Below are positions 1-13,299 of a stretch of 64,000 nucleotides of DNA, piece after piece. The notes under the pieces were generated by a model. It did no database searches. It was not told where the DNA came from and saw nothing but the letters and a program-made list of their open reading frames with translations. The stretch lies in NCBI GenBank assembly GCA_951406725.2, contig OX597821.1, positions 49,414,001 through 49,478,000 on the forward strand, written 5' to 3'. The DNA comes from Octopus vulgaris (taxonomy: Eukaryota). A program made the position numbers and the translations under genes. Every line of letters starts with the position of its first letter. Position 1 is the first letter of the stretch.

Positions 1-2309
1 CAGTCAGTTGGTTGGAAGTTTCCAGATGGAATGAGGTGGATAAATCCAAGTGGTGTGGTTGCTAATCAGAAATTTGGTTGGTTGGTTGAGATAGTTATAT
101 ACTATTCAACAATAGTATGGTGACCCTTTTTAGTTTTGTTTTTTTTTATATTGATTATTATTGTTGATAACACAATGTCAATGACTGACAGGTTAGTACC
201 ATAGATTGGATGGTCAAGCCAAGGAGAATTTTGGTTTACTGTACGAAAACAATGAAAAGAAATCCCCATTACTAACTGTGTTATGGCCTGAAGTTTGATT
301 TACATATTTTTAATTTCAATTAATTATTCATGAGTTTTATGGTCATTCAAGTGATAACAATGTTTTGTCATGGACATGATATCTGGTTGACCTCTTATAA
401 CACTGCTAAACAAACAACAGTAGTCTGACCAGATTTAATTATATTTAAGAATGGAAACAATAATCTAACTAAACATTTTCAGTGAAAACTTTCTTGGAAT
501 GTTCCAGTTTTTTTTTATCTAAAAGCCATAATATTTAATATACACACCTTTACATGCAAATATTTATGCTTACTCACACATATATAGGTACAGACATATC
601 TACACACCACACAAATAAATGTGCCTCTGTATGTGTGTGTGTGTGTGTGTGTGTGTGCATGCGTGCGCGCATGTGTGTTTGTGTGTGTGTGTATGTATGT
701 ATGTATATATATACACACACACATTTTGAATTTGTCTTTGGCATATTTTAAAACCCAAAATATTTTCTATAATACAATATTTCAATTTTTATTTTCCAGC
801 TATCACCTTAAAATGCCTTGTTGTTTTTATTTATTTTAAGACTGCAGTTTACTAAACTACATTTTACGGTTTTAAACTAAAATAATTTAAGCATTTCTAA
901 AACGGAATGCTTAATAGGTAGGTTTTTATAGTCTTATCCACTATTAGTGAGAAGGTTTTTATCTAAATTGTCCAGCTTTTAAAGTCTTGAACACAGGACA
1001 ACTAGAACTGACTTCTACTAAAGGAAAACAATGATCTACAGCTTTCATTTTATTTCATTGAAATTAGCCAGAGTATAGCTTTTATAAAACTTAATCCTTT
1101 ATTTCACAGCAAACTGTAGTAAAGTGAATATGGCTGGCATTTCTTAGATCACTTTGTAATCTTCTAAAATGATCAGAAACTAAATGGTTCTTCAAGACTG
1201 CTGTCATAAAGGTTTTAAACATATGTTTCAAAGATCCCACAGAAATATTATTATGTATTAACATACCAAAACATATGGTCTGATGTTGAAAAGTCAGCCC
1301 TTTTATTTTTATCTCACATCCTCCCATTCTGTTTGTTTTGATACCACTGTTCCTGTGGTTAAAGAAATGATGTGCATAATAAGTGTGGGGGGAGGGGCTT
1401 TAGGCCCCTTGAGAATATAGTTGTTTGCTCAACTGTTATAACAACGATATATTTAACCAGTGTTGTTTTCTAGAACACACATTGTTATTTCTAATCAAAA
1501 CTCTTCCAGTTTGTACAGTAGACACTAATCCTTTGTTATCCTTTTCAAAGTCTATCAAATACTTCTCAGAAGATGAAAAAAAAAATTGAGATGTTTAAAA
1601 TGATTTAAACGATAGATACATACAACAAATTTTTGCCAAATACTTTTTTCATATATTTGAAAAATATGATAGCAACTTGATATTTTTGTTTACAACTGTC
1701 GTTATTGTTGTGTACTGTGAGCTCTGACATTTTGTAAGTCAGGGGAAATTTACATACAATCTTCTATTTTTAAAATGTTTTAATACTATCCAGATATTTC
1801 ACAAAAGAATAATTTTTAATACCTTTATATATTACTGAATATAATTAACTGTCATAATATCTTTGCTGCTAATTAAGGTTTCCAAGCTGATTATTACTGC
1901 CGGTTTCAAATTTTCCTATAAACCTCTGTAATTAAACAAATATGAAATAAAACTTAATTGTTTTCCTCAATGATTGTAATTTGATCATTACTGCATAATT
2001 AAGTCCAAATGATTTTAAGATATATTTTTCAGATTTTTCATTCTCACCCATCTACCCAACTTTTTTTTTCTGTTGACCTAGTGTTTATATCTATATCTAG
2101 TACACTTAGCATTTTGATGGTCAAGCTACAAAACTATCAACTTAACGTTGCATCTCCTTTCGATCTGTCATATTTTTCCAGCAAGAAAGTTGCATGCTTA
2201 CTCATTCTTGTATTATAAAAATTTATGAAAATAAATTTTAAATTGTTCTTTTTTTTCTTTTTCACTTAAAATATACATTTTTATAGTCTTTTTTAAAAAT
2301 GTCTATGTC

Positions 2310-3130
2310 ACAGCTGCTTGATTTTATGTGGTATGGTGTTTGTTATGAAGTAAGTGCAACCAAGTCTAATTCGTTTTTTGAAGAGAGTTTGTGTCCATGG
2401 TAGATGAACTCAGAAACTTTGCTTTACTGGTTTGCCATATATTGAAAGGTTGATATGCAGATTAGATTTGTAACAAGATGAGAGTTTCAGGAACACTTGA
2501 GGGGTGTCTGGTCTTAACTTGTCACATACAATAGTCGAAGAAAAGGAACCAAAAATCCGGCTGTCATCAATAACAATAAATAGCACTTTATTCTTCGGGT
2601 TCACTGGTAAAGTATATACATATATATTTCTTAAGGGTGAACCGGCAGCTAAGTCCACAGGACTGTACACAAATGTCCACTCGGGTGAGCCAAGAAGATA
2701 CGGTCTCCGTTCCCGCTTCGAAGAGAGCTTCTCTATGCGTAGGGTTTTCCCTGAGAGAAGTTTTAGTCACATCCACTCCTTAGGGCTGCTCTTCCAAACA
2801 AAAAGATTTAGCGGAGACGCTTTCAGGTTGCAGTTCCTGCGCATGCGCATGAGGGAACTTCCGGCGGCCTACCAGAGGTAATCCAATTCTGTGCATGCGC
2901 AATGAAACTTCCACAGTAGCGTCACTACAGATTTGTCTGTTGTCATGGATTCTGTTTTTGATACATTGATAGGAAGTCTGGCTTCTGCAGCATGTTTAGC
3001 AAGAGAGTCAACAAAAGACTGTAAGTCCTGACAGGATTCATTTATTGCAGAAATATCATTTGGGCAGCTGAGATTGGAGAGGAGGTGGCTGCTTATTGAG
3101 AATCCAGATGGACATTCATTTTCAGTTTTA
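2310..3130 (-). mobile_element. Degenerate LINE reverse-transcriptase fragment interrupted by the solo LTR
   Basis: Minus-strand ...LSCPNDISAINESCQDLQSFVDSLAKHAAEARLPINVSKTESMTTDK resumes as SNLHINLSIYGKPVKQ(V)SEFIYHG once the LTR is removed. Decayed YADD/INxxKT/FxYLG region. Confidence 0.65.
2469..2929 (-). mobile_element. Solo LTR (Gypsy-like by 4-bp TSD)
   Basis: TGTA...TACA termini flanked by GATT on both sides (2465-2468, 2930-2933). GC-richer than flanks. TATA-like tract then AATAAA on the minus strand. Confidence 0.8.
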
Positions 3131-3154
3131 GAAAGTTGCAGTAATTACAATACT

Positions 3155-3420
3155 CATGTGTAAAAAATTCGAGTGAGGTCGTTGCCAGTACCGCCTAACT
3201 GGCCCATGTGTAAAAATTTGAGTGAGATCCTTGCCAGTACCGCCTGACTGACCCCCATGCCAGTGGCACGTGAAAGCACCCACTACACTCTCGGAGTGGT
3301 TGGCGTTAGGAAGGGCATCCAGCTGTAGAAACTCTGCCAGATCAAGACTGGAGCTTGGTGCCAGCCCACAGTCAAACCGTCCAACCCATGCTCGCATGGA
3401 AAGCGGACGTTAAACAATGA
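3155..3420 (+). mobile_element. 3' UTR/tail of the RTE-like LINE family (SINE-like fragment)
   Basis: GGCACGTGAAAGCACCCACTACACTCTCGGAGTGGTTGGCGTTAGGAAGGGCATCCAGC...GGACGTTAAAC closely matches 42082-42270. Confidence 0.8.
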
Positions 3421-4371
3421 AGAGTACAGCTGAAAGTATATCTCCTTGCTTCACTCCTTTTAAGGTATTGATAGATCTGGAGGTGCCAATATCAGTTTTG
3501 ATGAAGGCCTTTGAATTATTGTGAGTTTTAGTAAATTTATGTCTCTCTCATTGACTCTACAACACCTGTGTTCTTCCAGTAGTTTTAAATGGGCTCCTGT
3601 TACACTACAGAAACTGGAAGTCTTTCAGAATCATGTAATCTGACTTAATACTAACACTAAACTCTCAGACCATGTCAGGATTGAAGACCTAAGATGAATA
3701 ACCAAATTACCATTAATCACCTCTGTCATCAAAAAGTACTGGAACTGCTTGGCCATACTAAGTGAATGGCTTACAGCATCAACAAGACCTATTTGGAAGA
3801 CATAATGGAAAGAGAAACAGAGGTTGACAACCTAAGAGATTGAATATTGTGGAGGCAACTATCTCGTGTTAGTGCACAAGCAGAGATAATGAGAAGTGAG
3901 TGGGTCCCAGCTGCTCAAGTTTGTAAGAAAAGACCCCAGCATACCAGAAAATAAGTCAATGGTTCTCATATGATCATTGCAATAATAATAATAATAATAT
4001 AAACACCTACCTGTGGTACAGTCCACCTAACTGTAAACAGATATCATAAGAACCAGCTACTCACTCCAAACAAGGACAGAAATATCTGTAACATAACATT
4101 GTTAGCTACCAAAGACTGTGTTGAGGGCACGTAGCACCACTAATAACATCATCATCATCATTTTGACAGCCACTTTTCCATGCTTGCATGGGTCAGGTAG
4201 GATTTGTTGAGGCTCATTTTTTTGCAGTTGAAGGCCTTTCCTGTCACCCACTCTCACCTCTTTCCAAGCTAGGTAATGTTTCCCATGGCTACACATGTTT
4301 TTCTTGGAAGACTGGAAATGAACAACATCACTTGTATCACACACTATCTAGACAAGGAGACAAGCAAACAC

Positions 4372-4760
4372 ATAGCTGGGTGGTAAGAAGTTTGCTTCCC
4401 AACTACATGGTTCCAGGTTCAGTTCTACTACATGGCACCTTGGGCAAGTGTCTTCTACTAGAGCTGTAGGCCAACCAAAACCTCATGGTAGGTGAATTTC
4501 ATAGATGGAAACTGAAAGAAACCATTCATATATGTATGTGTGTCTTTGTGTTTGTGTTTGTCCCCAACCATTACTTAACAACTGGTGTTGGTATGTTTAT
4601 GTCCCTATAACTAAGAAGTACAGCAAAGGAGACTGACTGAATAAGTAGCAGGCGTAAAAGATAGTAAGTACTAGGGTTGATTCATTTGACTAAAATTTTT
4701 CAAGGTACTGTTCTAGAATGGCTGCAGTCTAATGACTTGAGACAAGTAAAAGATAAAAGT
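4372..4760 (+). mobile_element. tRNA-derived CORE-like SINE (octopus OR-type by recall). Other copies near 4785-4935(-), 12352-12480(-), 23465-23640(+), 36790-36930(+), 43848-44002(-), 60725-60860(-)
   Basis: GGTAAGAAGTTTGCTTCCCAAC...GGTTCAGT...GGCACCTTGGGCAAGTGTCTTCTACTA...GATGGAAACTGAAAGAA recurs through the window. Confidence 0.75.
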
Positions 4761-5289
4761 TATATATACATATACACACGACTAGTTTTTCAGCTTCCAT
4801 CTTCCAAATTCACTCACAAGGCTCTAGTTTATCCAGGGCTATAGTAAAAGGTACTTGACTAAAGAGTTGCATGATAGAACTGAACCTGAAACCACAAGGT
4901 CGAGAAGCAAGCTTCTTAACCACACAGCCACTCCTATAGTTAGTTTCATTAGTTTAAAGCCCATTTTTCTATGGTATTAGGAGTTCAATGAATACATTTT
5001 ACAATCCAATGTAGCTTATCTGTCACTAACCCTTACTTCTTTGTCAAGTAGTGGACTTTTTATTTCACATCTTTGCTATGGGATGATAATTTTTTCTGAT
5101 GAGGACTGTCAATAAGGATACTGTCTCACACACACATCAATTCCAATTCAACAATGATCTGCCTATTTCTGAAACTCCTTTACAAATGTTAGATTCTGGT
5201 CAAGAGTTATTGTACATATGTTACTGTGTTTGAAGAGCCAAGTACAGCACCTTTATTATCTAGTGTTTTTGTAAAACTTGTATTAATTA

Positions 5290-8200
5290 CTAGCATTATG
5301 ACCCGTCGTTGCCGGGTCATAGTGCTAGTGCATGTATATATGTGTATATATATGTGTACATATTACATGTACATCTATATATATACATCTACACATAAAA
5401 TACAAAGTTATATCTTGATATCACTAGTGATAACAATGCTCAAAATATATAACAGACTGGAATTGTAGGCCCGTCTCTTGCAATTTCGATCAATTGTATC
5501 TTGTCCTCCCTCTTGTATAGAAGTGTGGCTACAATCCAGCCTACCTCTACTTCTGGGGGGACATTTTTAATTTTTATCCAGGACGTCCTACATCCCAGAT
5601 ATAAAGGTAAAAATAAAATATTTCCACTTTGCAAGGTTCGAGTCGAGTACTCCCTTGCATGCTCCGTTGACTCGAACCTTGCTTCTATTGTGGTGAATTT
5701 ACTGCCTCTGGTTAGATATCTTTCATAGTTACACCATGGGGAGTGTCATTGGCAAAATATTTTTTTAACTTTTTGCCTAGGGCGAGCCCACAGCAATATC
5801 ATATCTTCTCCACTACGATTCCCTAAAACTTGAGAACTACACAACTAATTTCATTCAAATTTTAAACATGCTTTACTTAGGGTCCATGTAGTTTCATGGC
5901 CTAAAATAAAGTTCAACTTCTTGCCTAGGGCAAGCCCATAGCAATATCATATCTTCTCCACTATTTCAGTATTACGTGTTAAAAGTGAAACAAAAACATT
6001 TCTCTATTTTATGTCAGATACCTTCACTTTAACAATAAAAATTAGAGATAATATTAACAATTAAATTATATGTAGTAAGTAATAATTAAAATCAAACTAA
6101 AGTATAATATAATCGTAACATAACAAAAGTAAAAATAGCAATTGGTATAAAATTGCATCAATGACTTGAACTTGAATAAGTGGTTTCACATGAATGGGAA
6201 TAAGTTAAAAATAAAATTAGCGTGCAGAAATGGAATAGTCCAGATGGAGCTGTACACATACCGTTTACCACAGCTTTTACATTAGATTATCTGCTAATTA
6301 GCTAGCATTAAGTATCTATATGAAGTTTGGCTGTATGTAATGTCTGTTTTCTCGAACAGCTGCTTCTACTGAGTACTGCTTTTGGTTTATTTCTTATACA
6401 TAAAGGACAATAGCTTCAACTGTGTACTGCTTTTTGATTCACCGTAAGGTTTGTTGTTATTATTACTGTTTAACTATTGTTATCATGTTTGTTGGTTCCC
6501 CATAAGGGAAACATTGTTGTGTTGCGTTTGTTAAATAATTGTAAACTGTAACCCTCCCACTTTGGGAGAAGGAGCTTTGGTTATTGTTTAAAAATTGAAT
6601 TGTGTCCTTGTTTGGGGAAATTGACAATATTTTCACCTCCAAGGGCTAAAATGTCTTGAGCAAAGGCTGCAGACATGCTATCACCAAGCAAGTGCACACG
6701 CATGTTTGTGCTTAGGCTTAAGGTCCTAACCTGGAGCCACAACATGCATGACTTAAGGCATGCGCGCACTTCATCAGCCTGGCTCCCTTTAGGGATGACA
6801 GGAAGAATTTGCCGGAAATCTCCTGAAACAATAGAGTTACACCACCTATAGAAGCTGTAGAATCCCTGATGCCTTTCAGTGACTAGTCCAGTGCCTCAAG
6901 GGCACCCTTATTGGTCATTGTGCATTCATCCCATACAGTGAGACGGCACTGTCTAAGAACTTCAGCTTCCTCTGAATTTTTGCTAATGTTGCAAGTAGGA
7001 ACCTCAGCCCTCACCAAATGTAAAGGTAGCTTGAATGCTGAGTGCACCGTCCTACCTCCTGGCAATAATGTAGCAGCAATTCTCGAAGAAGCAATGGCTA
7101 GTGCAATTTGTTTCTCACGATGAATCTTAGCAAGTATTGTGTTACAAAGGATTTGCCGCTACTTCTAGCAGCATCAAGGTAAAAAATGCCGCCCGCCTGT
7201 TTTTCAACAGCACTGATGACAATTTTGTACACCAGCCTCTGATCAGGGAGCAATTTCGGTTCATTTACTCTCAGGTACTCTGCAAGGCCATCAGCGTCAT
7301 ACGAGAACTCCAGAAGTAACTTTGGTGGGAGTGTGTTAACATCCTATTGCAATGAGGATGGCAAACCAAATGTGTTCAATGCTGCCCCACCCATTTTGAG
7401 TAGGGCATCCTCGATTTCAATCAGCGTATTATTGTAGATCAGGTTATTGTATCCAATGTCAGCATTAGGGCACTGTTGCTTTGCCAGTCATCATTTACCT
7501 TAACCACCGAGAAAGTAAAATTACGTACAGAGGATTTCATAAACAGAAATGAATGGAAAGAAGGTTTCAGATTAAATTTTTAGATTAACACTTGCACGAT
7601 TTTCACTAAGAAATAAAATCGTATTTTTTGCGTGGAATCAACTACCTTGGCCTCCTAATATGCTACAAAACCGTTTTTGTGGTTCAAAAAACATGTGTGG
7701 TGGAAGCCTCGGAAATTTCACCCCCCATACCCATTGATCTTTTCACCATCTATTTTTCGATGTACGTGGATGTGCTACAAACCAACCCTTTTTGTGGTCT
7801 GAGAAACAGGGTGGAGTGTGGTGGAGCCTTGGAAATTTTACTCATTTATATTGTTTCACTGACAAATTGTTACCTACCTCTTTTTTTCTATGTTGTTAAA
7901 TAAATGGATTCTCAACAAAACACTTTTTTCCTCGGTGTAAAATAAAAACAAAACTCTTTCGCACCCAAAGTGATGTGCGTGTGAGAGGGCAGGGGAGAAA
8001 GATGAATGATTTAAAATAAATAAATATATTTTAATTGTTGTGTGAGAAAGTATATATAATTTGATTATAAAATATAGTGTCTTTCAAAAACATCCTGAAT
8101 TTGAATACTATATCTCGTGTTTAAGAAAAAAAAAACATTTTACATTTTTATTTTTTGGTGAACGCTGTCACTCTCTCTCTCTCCCTCACACACACACATC

Positions 8201-8483
8201 AACACAACTTCTCTCTCTCCCTCACACACACATTTTCACTTCTCTATAGCAAGAAGGGACTTAACTCATGTTAGCAAACTTCAAAATTGGTAAAAGTTAA
8301 GGTTGAAAATCGACTTATACCACTACCTGCGGGTGCCTTGGGAAAAATAATTTGATGAAAATACAGCTAGGATCGTGACGAATGTCCTCCTAAAATTGGA
8401 GCAGCATGCATGCTAATTTGTGGACGTGCATAAATTATATTCACATACACACACAAACACATCCTGTCTTTTATATATACAGA
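5290..8483 (-). mobile_element. Helitron (degenerate) with Pif1 helicase remnant
   Basis: On the minus strand: 5' A|TCTGTATATATAAAA at 8483, and 3' hairpin plus CTAG|T at 5290. Internal 6600-7480 encodes GGRTVHSAFKLPL, VWDECTM, SGDFRQILPVI and LSTNMRV, with frameshifts. Confidence 0.85.
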
Positions 8484-8549
8484 TAATTGCAGTCTTGCAG
8501 GTCCCTAGTAAAAAAAAATACTGCAATCAGATGAAATGAGCAAAGGGAA

Positions 8550-10300
8550 GTTAATGCTACCCCTTCTACACAGTAAGGGTACTCCAATACATGTTGCCAA
8601 CAATATCAGTGATAGCTGGTAGGAGTGAGATGGCTTTCAATTTTGTTGACTGTGGGCTGAGGAGAGAGGGGTAATAGTGATCAGTTGTAGAAGAACAAAC
8701 TATGTAGAACTAATGATAGCTGAGACACAGCTGGAACAGCAAGTAAATTGTGGTGGATTACATTGCTGAAGATGTTGGCACAATGATCAGAATGACCATA
8801 ATTAGGTGGTGGAAGGGAGTTTGGAATGGATAGTGCAGTGAATACATAGACAATAAATGGAGACCCCAGAGGTAACAAAAAGCAAAGCAAAGCATAAAAG
8901 GACTTCCATATAGAATTTAATGTTAAGATATTAACCATGAAATGGAGAGCTTTCAGAATTAAAAAATGTGAGGAGTTCCTATGAGAATATGTTCATGGAT
9001 GGAGTAAATGCTGAGTTTCAAAATGAGATGACAAGATTGTTAAGTGGGGTATACATTGAAGAGGAAAAATGAAAATTGGAGTTTTGCTATTGATGGTAGA
9101 CAATTGTTGAACTTTATGGAGTTGAACTGTTACATAACATGTCACACAGGTAATGATGTAACCCACTGGGACCATGCAAACATAGAGAGAGAAGATGGAG
9201 GCAGCTACTGTTCCATGTGGCTAAAATGTTGTCGAACTAACAACTGGAAAGCTACAAAGGTAAAGTTTACTGCCTGATCAGAGCAGACTTTAGGCTGCAT
9301 CATGTGCCAAAGATAATGACAACATTCTTACAGATAATCTTAAGAAAGATGAAGTGGAGAAGCTATTAGTTTTAATATTGATGTCATTCTGCTAGATGAA
9401 ATGATTGTCAGTGAATGAGGAGACAGGTCACCTCAAGAACCACAGTTTAATCACAGAATCATTAGAAGTACCAGGCCAGTGTTGTGATTTAGAACAAAAT
9501 GGGAGAATTTATCTTGTTGAGAGAGAACATGATCCTGTAGGTGAATGAATGGGTTAAGTAAGCAGAAACTTAACTGGACAGTGCTTCATATATGTAACTA
9601 TAATAGAAGATTAGAGTAGGTTGGGGCATGATCAATATGTTATAAGGTTTTGTCGAGGGGGCACAGTATTGGAGGTGTAGTTGGTGCATGCTAGAAGCAG
9701 GAAAAGGATATGACATGACATGATGCAAGCAACATAGTGATGGATGCTGTTTTGGAGATGAGTGTGTCAAGGTGGATGATACAGTTTGGCTAACAAGGGC
9801 AAGCAATGCTATGCATATCAATATAGATGAACTAGAAGCATTGATGAAGAGTTTCAATTTAGCTCTGATGTTTGGTTTGTGAGACATGAAAGTCAAGACT
9901 GATTCAGCTACAGTTTTGTTGGTGTCCAATCTATGATAATGGAAAAGAAGGTGAACTGAACATAATAATGCTCATTAAGCATTGTTTGAGGATTCTAAGG
10001 GAACAGATTGATGAGTTTGACTTACAACTGAGATTAAGTTTGGTGCTCCCAGAGAAAAACAAGGTAGACATTTTATCTAGAGTAAGAGAGTAAGAAAGAC
10101 ATGGTTAAAGGTGTTGGAGAATTTAGAGAGAGAGATTGCTGCTGTGTGCATTTTGCGTGACAAGGACCTGAAGGAATTACATAGCGCATGCATCACATAC
10201 AGGAAGGGGACAGAACCCTGTTCCTGGCCAGGTTAACACAGAAAGCCATCTAGAAGGTAAGGAGAAAGTGCAACCAGTACCAATCTATGCCAAGATGCAC
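8550..10300 (-). mobile_element. Highly decayed LINE-like sequence
   Basis: Purine-skewed block with faint RT-like residues. Part of it (9335-9470) is repeated at 10710-10833. Confidence 0.3.
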
Positions 10301-11200
10301 AATAAATGAAAAGTCATGATGACTTTTCATTTATTTTAGTTTCCATCAACTGAATCCATTCACAAAATCTTTGGCTGGTCTGGGGTCATAGCACCTGCCC
10401 AAGGAGCTGTACAGTAAAAGTTATGTTCATGAACCTTTCCAGGGTCTCTGAAACTAAAGAAAGTTATTTTCAGATCAGGTCTCTGGTTTGAAAACTTGCC
10501 AAGTCATGGTGTCAAACTGGATGATGTGTTAAGCCTACCAATCTAAAAACATAAACACTTCTAACAGGCTTCAAAATTTTCTACAAATTCCAAATACAAT
10601 CTTTGTTTGACCCAAGGCTATGTCTGAAGATACTTACCCAATGTGTCATACAGTGAAATTGAGCCCAAAACCACATAGTGCCAAAGATAATGGCAAGCAA
10701 TACTGCAAACAATCTTAAGAAAGGTGAATAGGATGATAGAAACCATGAGTTTTGTAGATGAAATGATGGTATCAGTGAAAGAGGGGACAGGTCACCTTAA
10801 AAGTAATAGTTTAATCACAGAATCATTAGAAGTGATTTACTACACAGCCATCCCTACTTACTGAACCCTTGTACATATTTCAGACCATTCACAAGTTTTT
10901 CTTTTACTTTCTGAATAATCAAACATCTAATGGTCACAGTCCCACATCCTGACTCAGGACCAAATGGCATCATTAATCCAGTATGGCTGGAATTTGTCCG
11001 GAAAGTACAATATATTTGAATTAAAAATAGAGAACTGAGTTGGATTAATATCACAATATCTGTTATAAGGTATAACTTCAAATGCTGGTTATGTTTTGTA
11101 TGTTGGAGATGTTTTAAATTTTATTTCAGCATTTTTAGAAACACATCCTGTAAGAATCAACTTATTTGCAATGAAATTCTTCACTATTTGAAAACAAGAG

Positions 11201-12067
11201 GACAGATCCTGTTGTCTACAGCTCTTTCCTGCAATCAGACCTGGACACAATGCAGCAATGGATCACAGACTGGCAACTGAAACTGGCTGTGGACAAGTGT
11301 AACACCATGCATTTTGGGAGAAAAAACCCTGCGTCCACATACTCCCTCCACAACACTGATATCAAGAAATCCTCTTGCGAGCATGACCTAGGCATCACTG
11401 TCAGCAGTGATTTGCGTTGGACAAAGCATATCTCTAAAATTGTCAAGAAGGCCGAGGGTGTCTTGGCATCACTCAGCAAGACTTTTGTTAGCCGCTCTCC
11501 AGCCATCTATTTAAAACTGTATACAGCTATGGTACGACCACACTTGGAATTCGCATCATCAGTTTGGAACCCCTATCTCGCTCAGAACATTGACCTCCTG
11601 GAATCTGTCCAGAGACGTGCAACCAAACGCATACCCTCCATCAGACACCTACCATATTCTGAGCGCCTTGTTTCCCTGGGCATGGATTCACTGAAGCTCC
11701 GGCGTCTGGCGACGCACTTGGTAAACACCCACAAAGTTATCAACCACCTCACCAACAACAACACTGAACACCTTTTTGATCTCCATGTGTCTAACACACG
11801 TGGACATGCCTACAAAGTCAGAAAACAACACAGCTCCCATGACTTTCGGAAACATTTTTTCACGCTCAGAGTTGCTGAAGCATGGAATAAACTGCCTGCG
11901 TCAGTTGTTGACTGCCATGACACTGCATCCTTTAAGGCCCTCATGCTTTCCGAAATCCGCCGAAACTACACCTGATTATATATACACTTTAGATGAGTTG
12001 TAGTGCACCTGAGCCCTGTACACAATGTTTTATTATTATTATTATTATTATCATTATTATTATTATT
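11201..12067 (+). mobile_element. 5'-truncated CR1/L2-group LINE 3' end, apparently young
   Basis: Open 241-aa ORF (DLGI, LYTAMVRPHLEFASSVWNPY, RGHAYKV, FFTLRVAEAWNKLP), short 3' UTR, (ATT)n tail, AAGAG duplicated at 11196-11200 and 12068-12072. Confidence 0.9.
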
Positions 12068-13299
12068 AAGAGTCCCAGATTGATTGTTCTTGCAATATCT
12101 ATTTAAAATAAAATTTGTTCGTTTTTACGACTATTTTTCCATGGTAGCATAGATTAAACAAATATATTACTGGGGCATTATTTTACAGCAATGTCCTTCC
12201 ATTTTCTAACACTCATCTGTTTTCACGTATCTCTTATTCCACATAGCTTCCAAGGTACAAAATTAACGAACGCTTGTACGTTAACGACTTTTGGAGAAAT
12301 GCAAATGCAGACAAACGCACGCACACGCATACATACGTATGTACAACAGTCTTCTTTTAGTTTCCATCAACCGAATCCATTCACAAAATCTTTGGCTGGT
12401 CTGGGGTTATAGCACCTGTCCAAAGAGCTGAACCTGAGGCCATGTGGTTGCAAAGGGAAATTCTTAAACACACACACCCATGTCTTAAAAGTACAAAACA
12501 CAGGTGATAGAGAACTATGGCCAACCAATCAAATAGTTAGTAGTTCCCACCTCACCACAGGTTACATTTATATCTGTCTTCGTCACTTTACCCTACCTCA
12601 ACCTCTCAATCAACCGCAATAATTCCGTATTTATGTTGTCCCAAAATCTTTTTAAAGAAGTACTGTAGTGTATCTCCTTGGTTGATGTTTTGCAGGAATG
12701 TGCATGTCTTGGATTTGTTATTCCATTTCTAGCCGTTCCCTTACTGTTTACTTTCGTAAATTGCGTTCTTTTTCTATTGAACGAATATATTTGTATTATA
12801 AAACTGTTTCATATCGGTTATCAAATTTCTCGGTATGTCTAAGCTGTCCCAAATAACAACCTAAGAATTTACCACTACAATTATTATTGCAGCTGAATAA
12901 TATTTAACACTAGATAACTGTTTTTTAAAACTTTTTTTTTTAACTGTGGCACCCTTCAAATCTAATTTAGCTTCTCCCGACACCCACGATTAATTTTCCC
13001 CTAGAAATATATATTACCAATGTTCCAGTTATATTATCTGCTAGTATCATATATCAGAGAGCTGACAGGATAAACACAATGTTGTCCACACATGAACAAT
13101 GATATTATTTGTTAAAACCTTTGCACTATTAGCTGTGTGACCTTACGTTGCTGAAGTCAATGTGGGAGCAATTATTTTCATAAATAATACGTGTTAGTTT
13201 AATTATTTCAAAATATGGATTTTTGCGTACACTTCATAGAAAATGATATAGCATATTTTAAAATTGATTATTTCAAATTCTCTAAAATATAGTTTATGC

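Noticed and set aside
515-839. Overlapping small ORFs
   Set aside because: (GT)n/(TA)n microsatellite artefacts. The same applies at 14.0, 15.0, 22.0, 25.5, 33.3 and 59.7 kb.
2504-2881. 125-aa ORF
   Set aside because: It lies entirely inside the solo LTR, starts at a non-ATG codon and has no recognisable domain.
5113-5121. Minus-strand GTATCCTTA resembling a U12 donor
   Set aside because: No open exon or matching branch/acceptor could be tied to it.
6581-7319. Host PIF1 helicase gene
   Set aside because: It is intronless, frameshifted and enclosed by Helitron termini.
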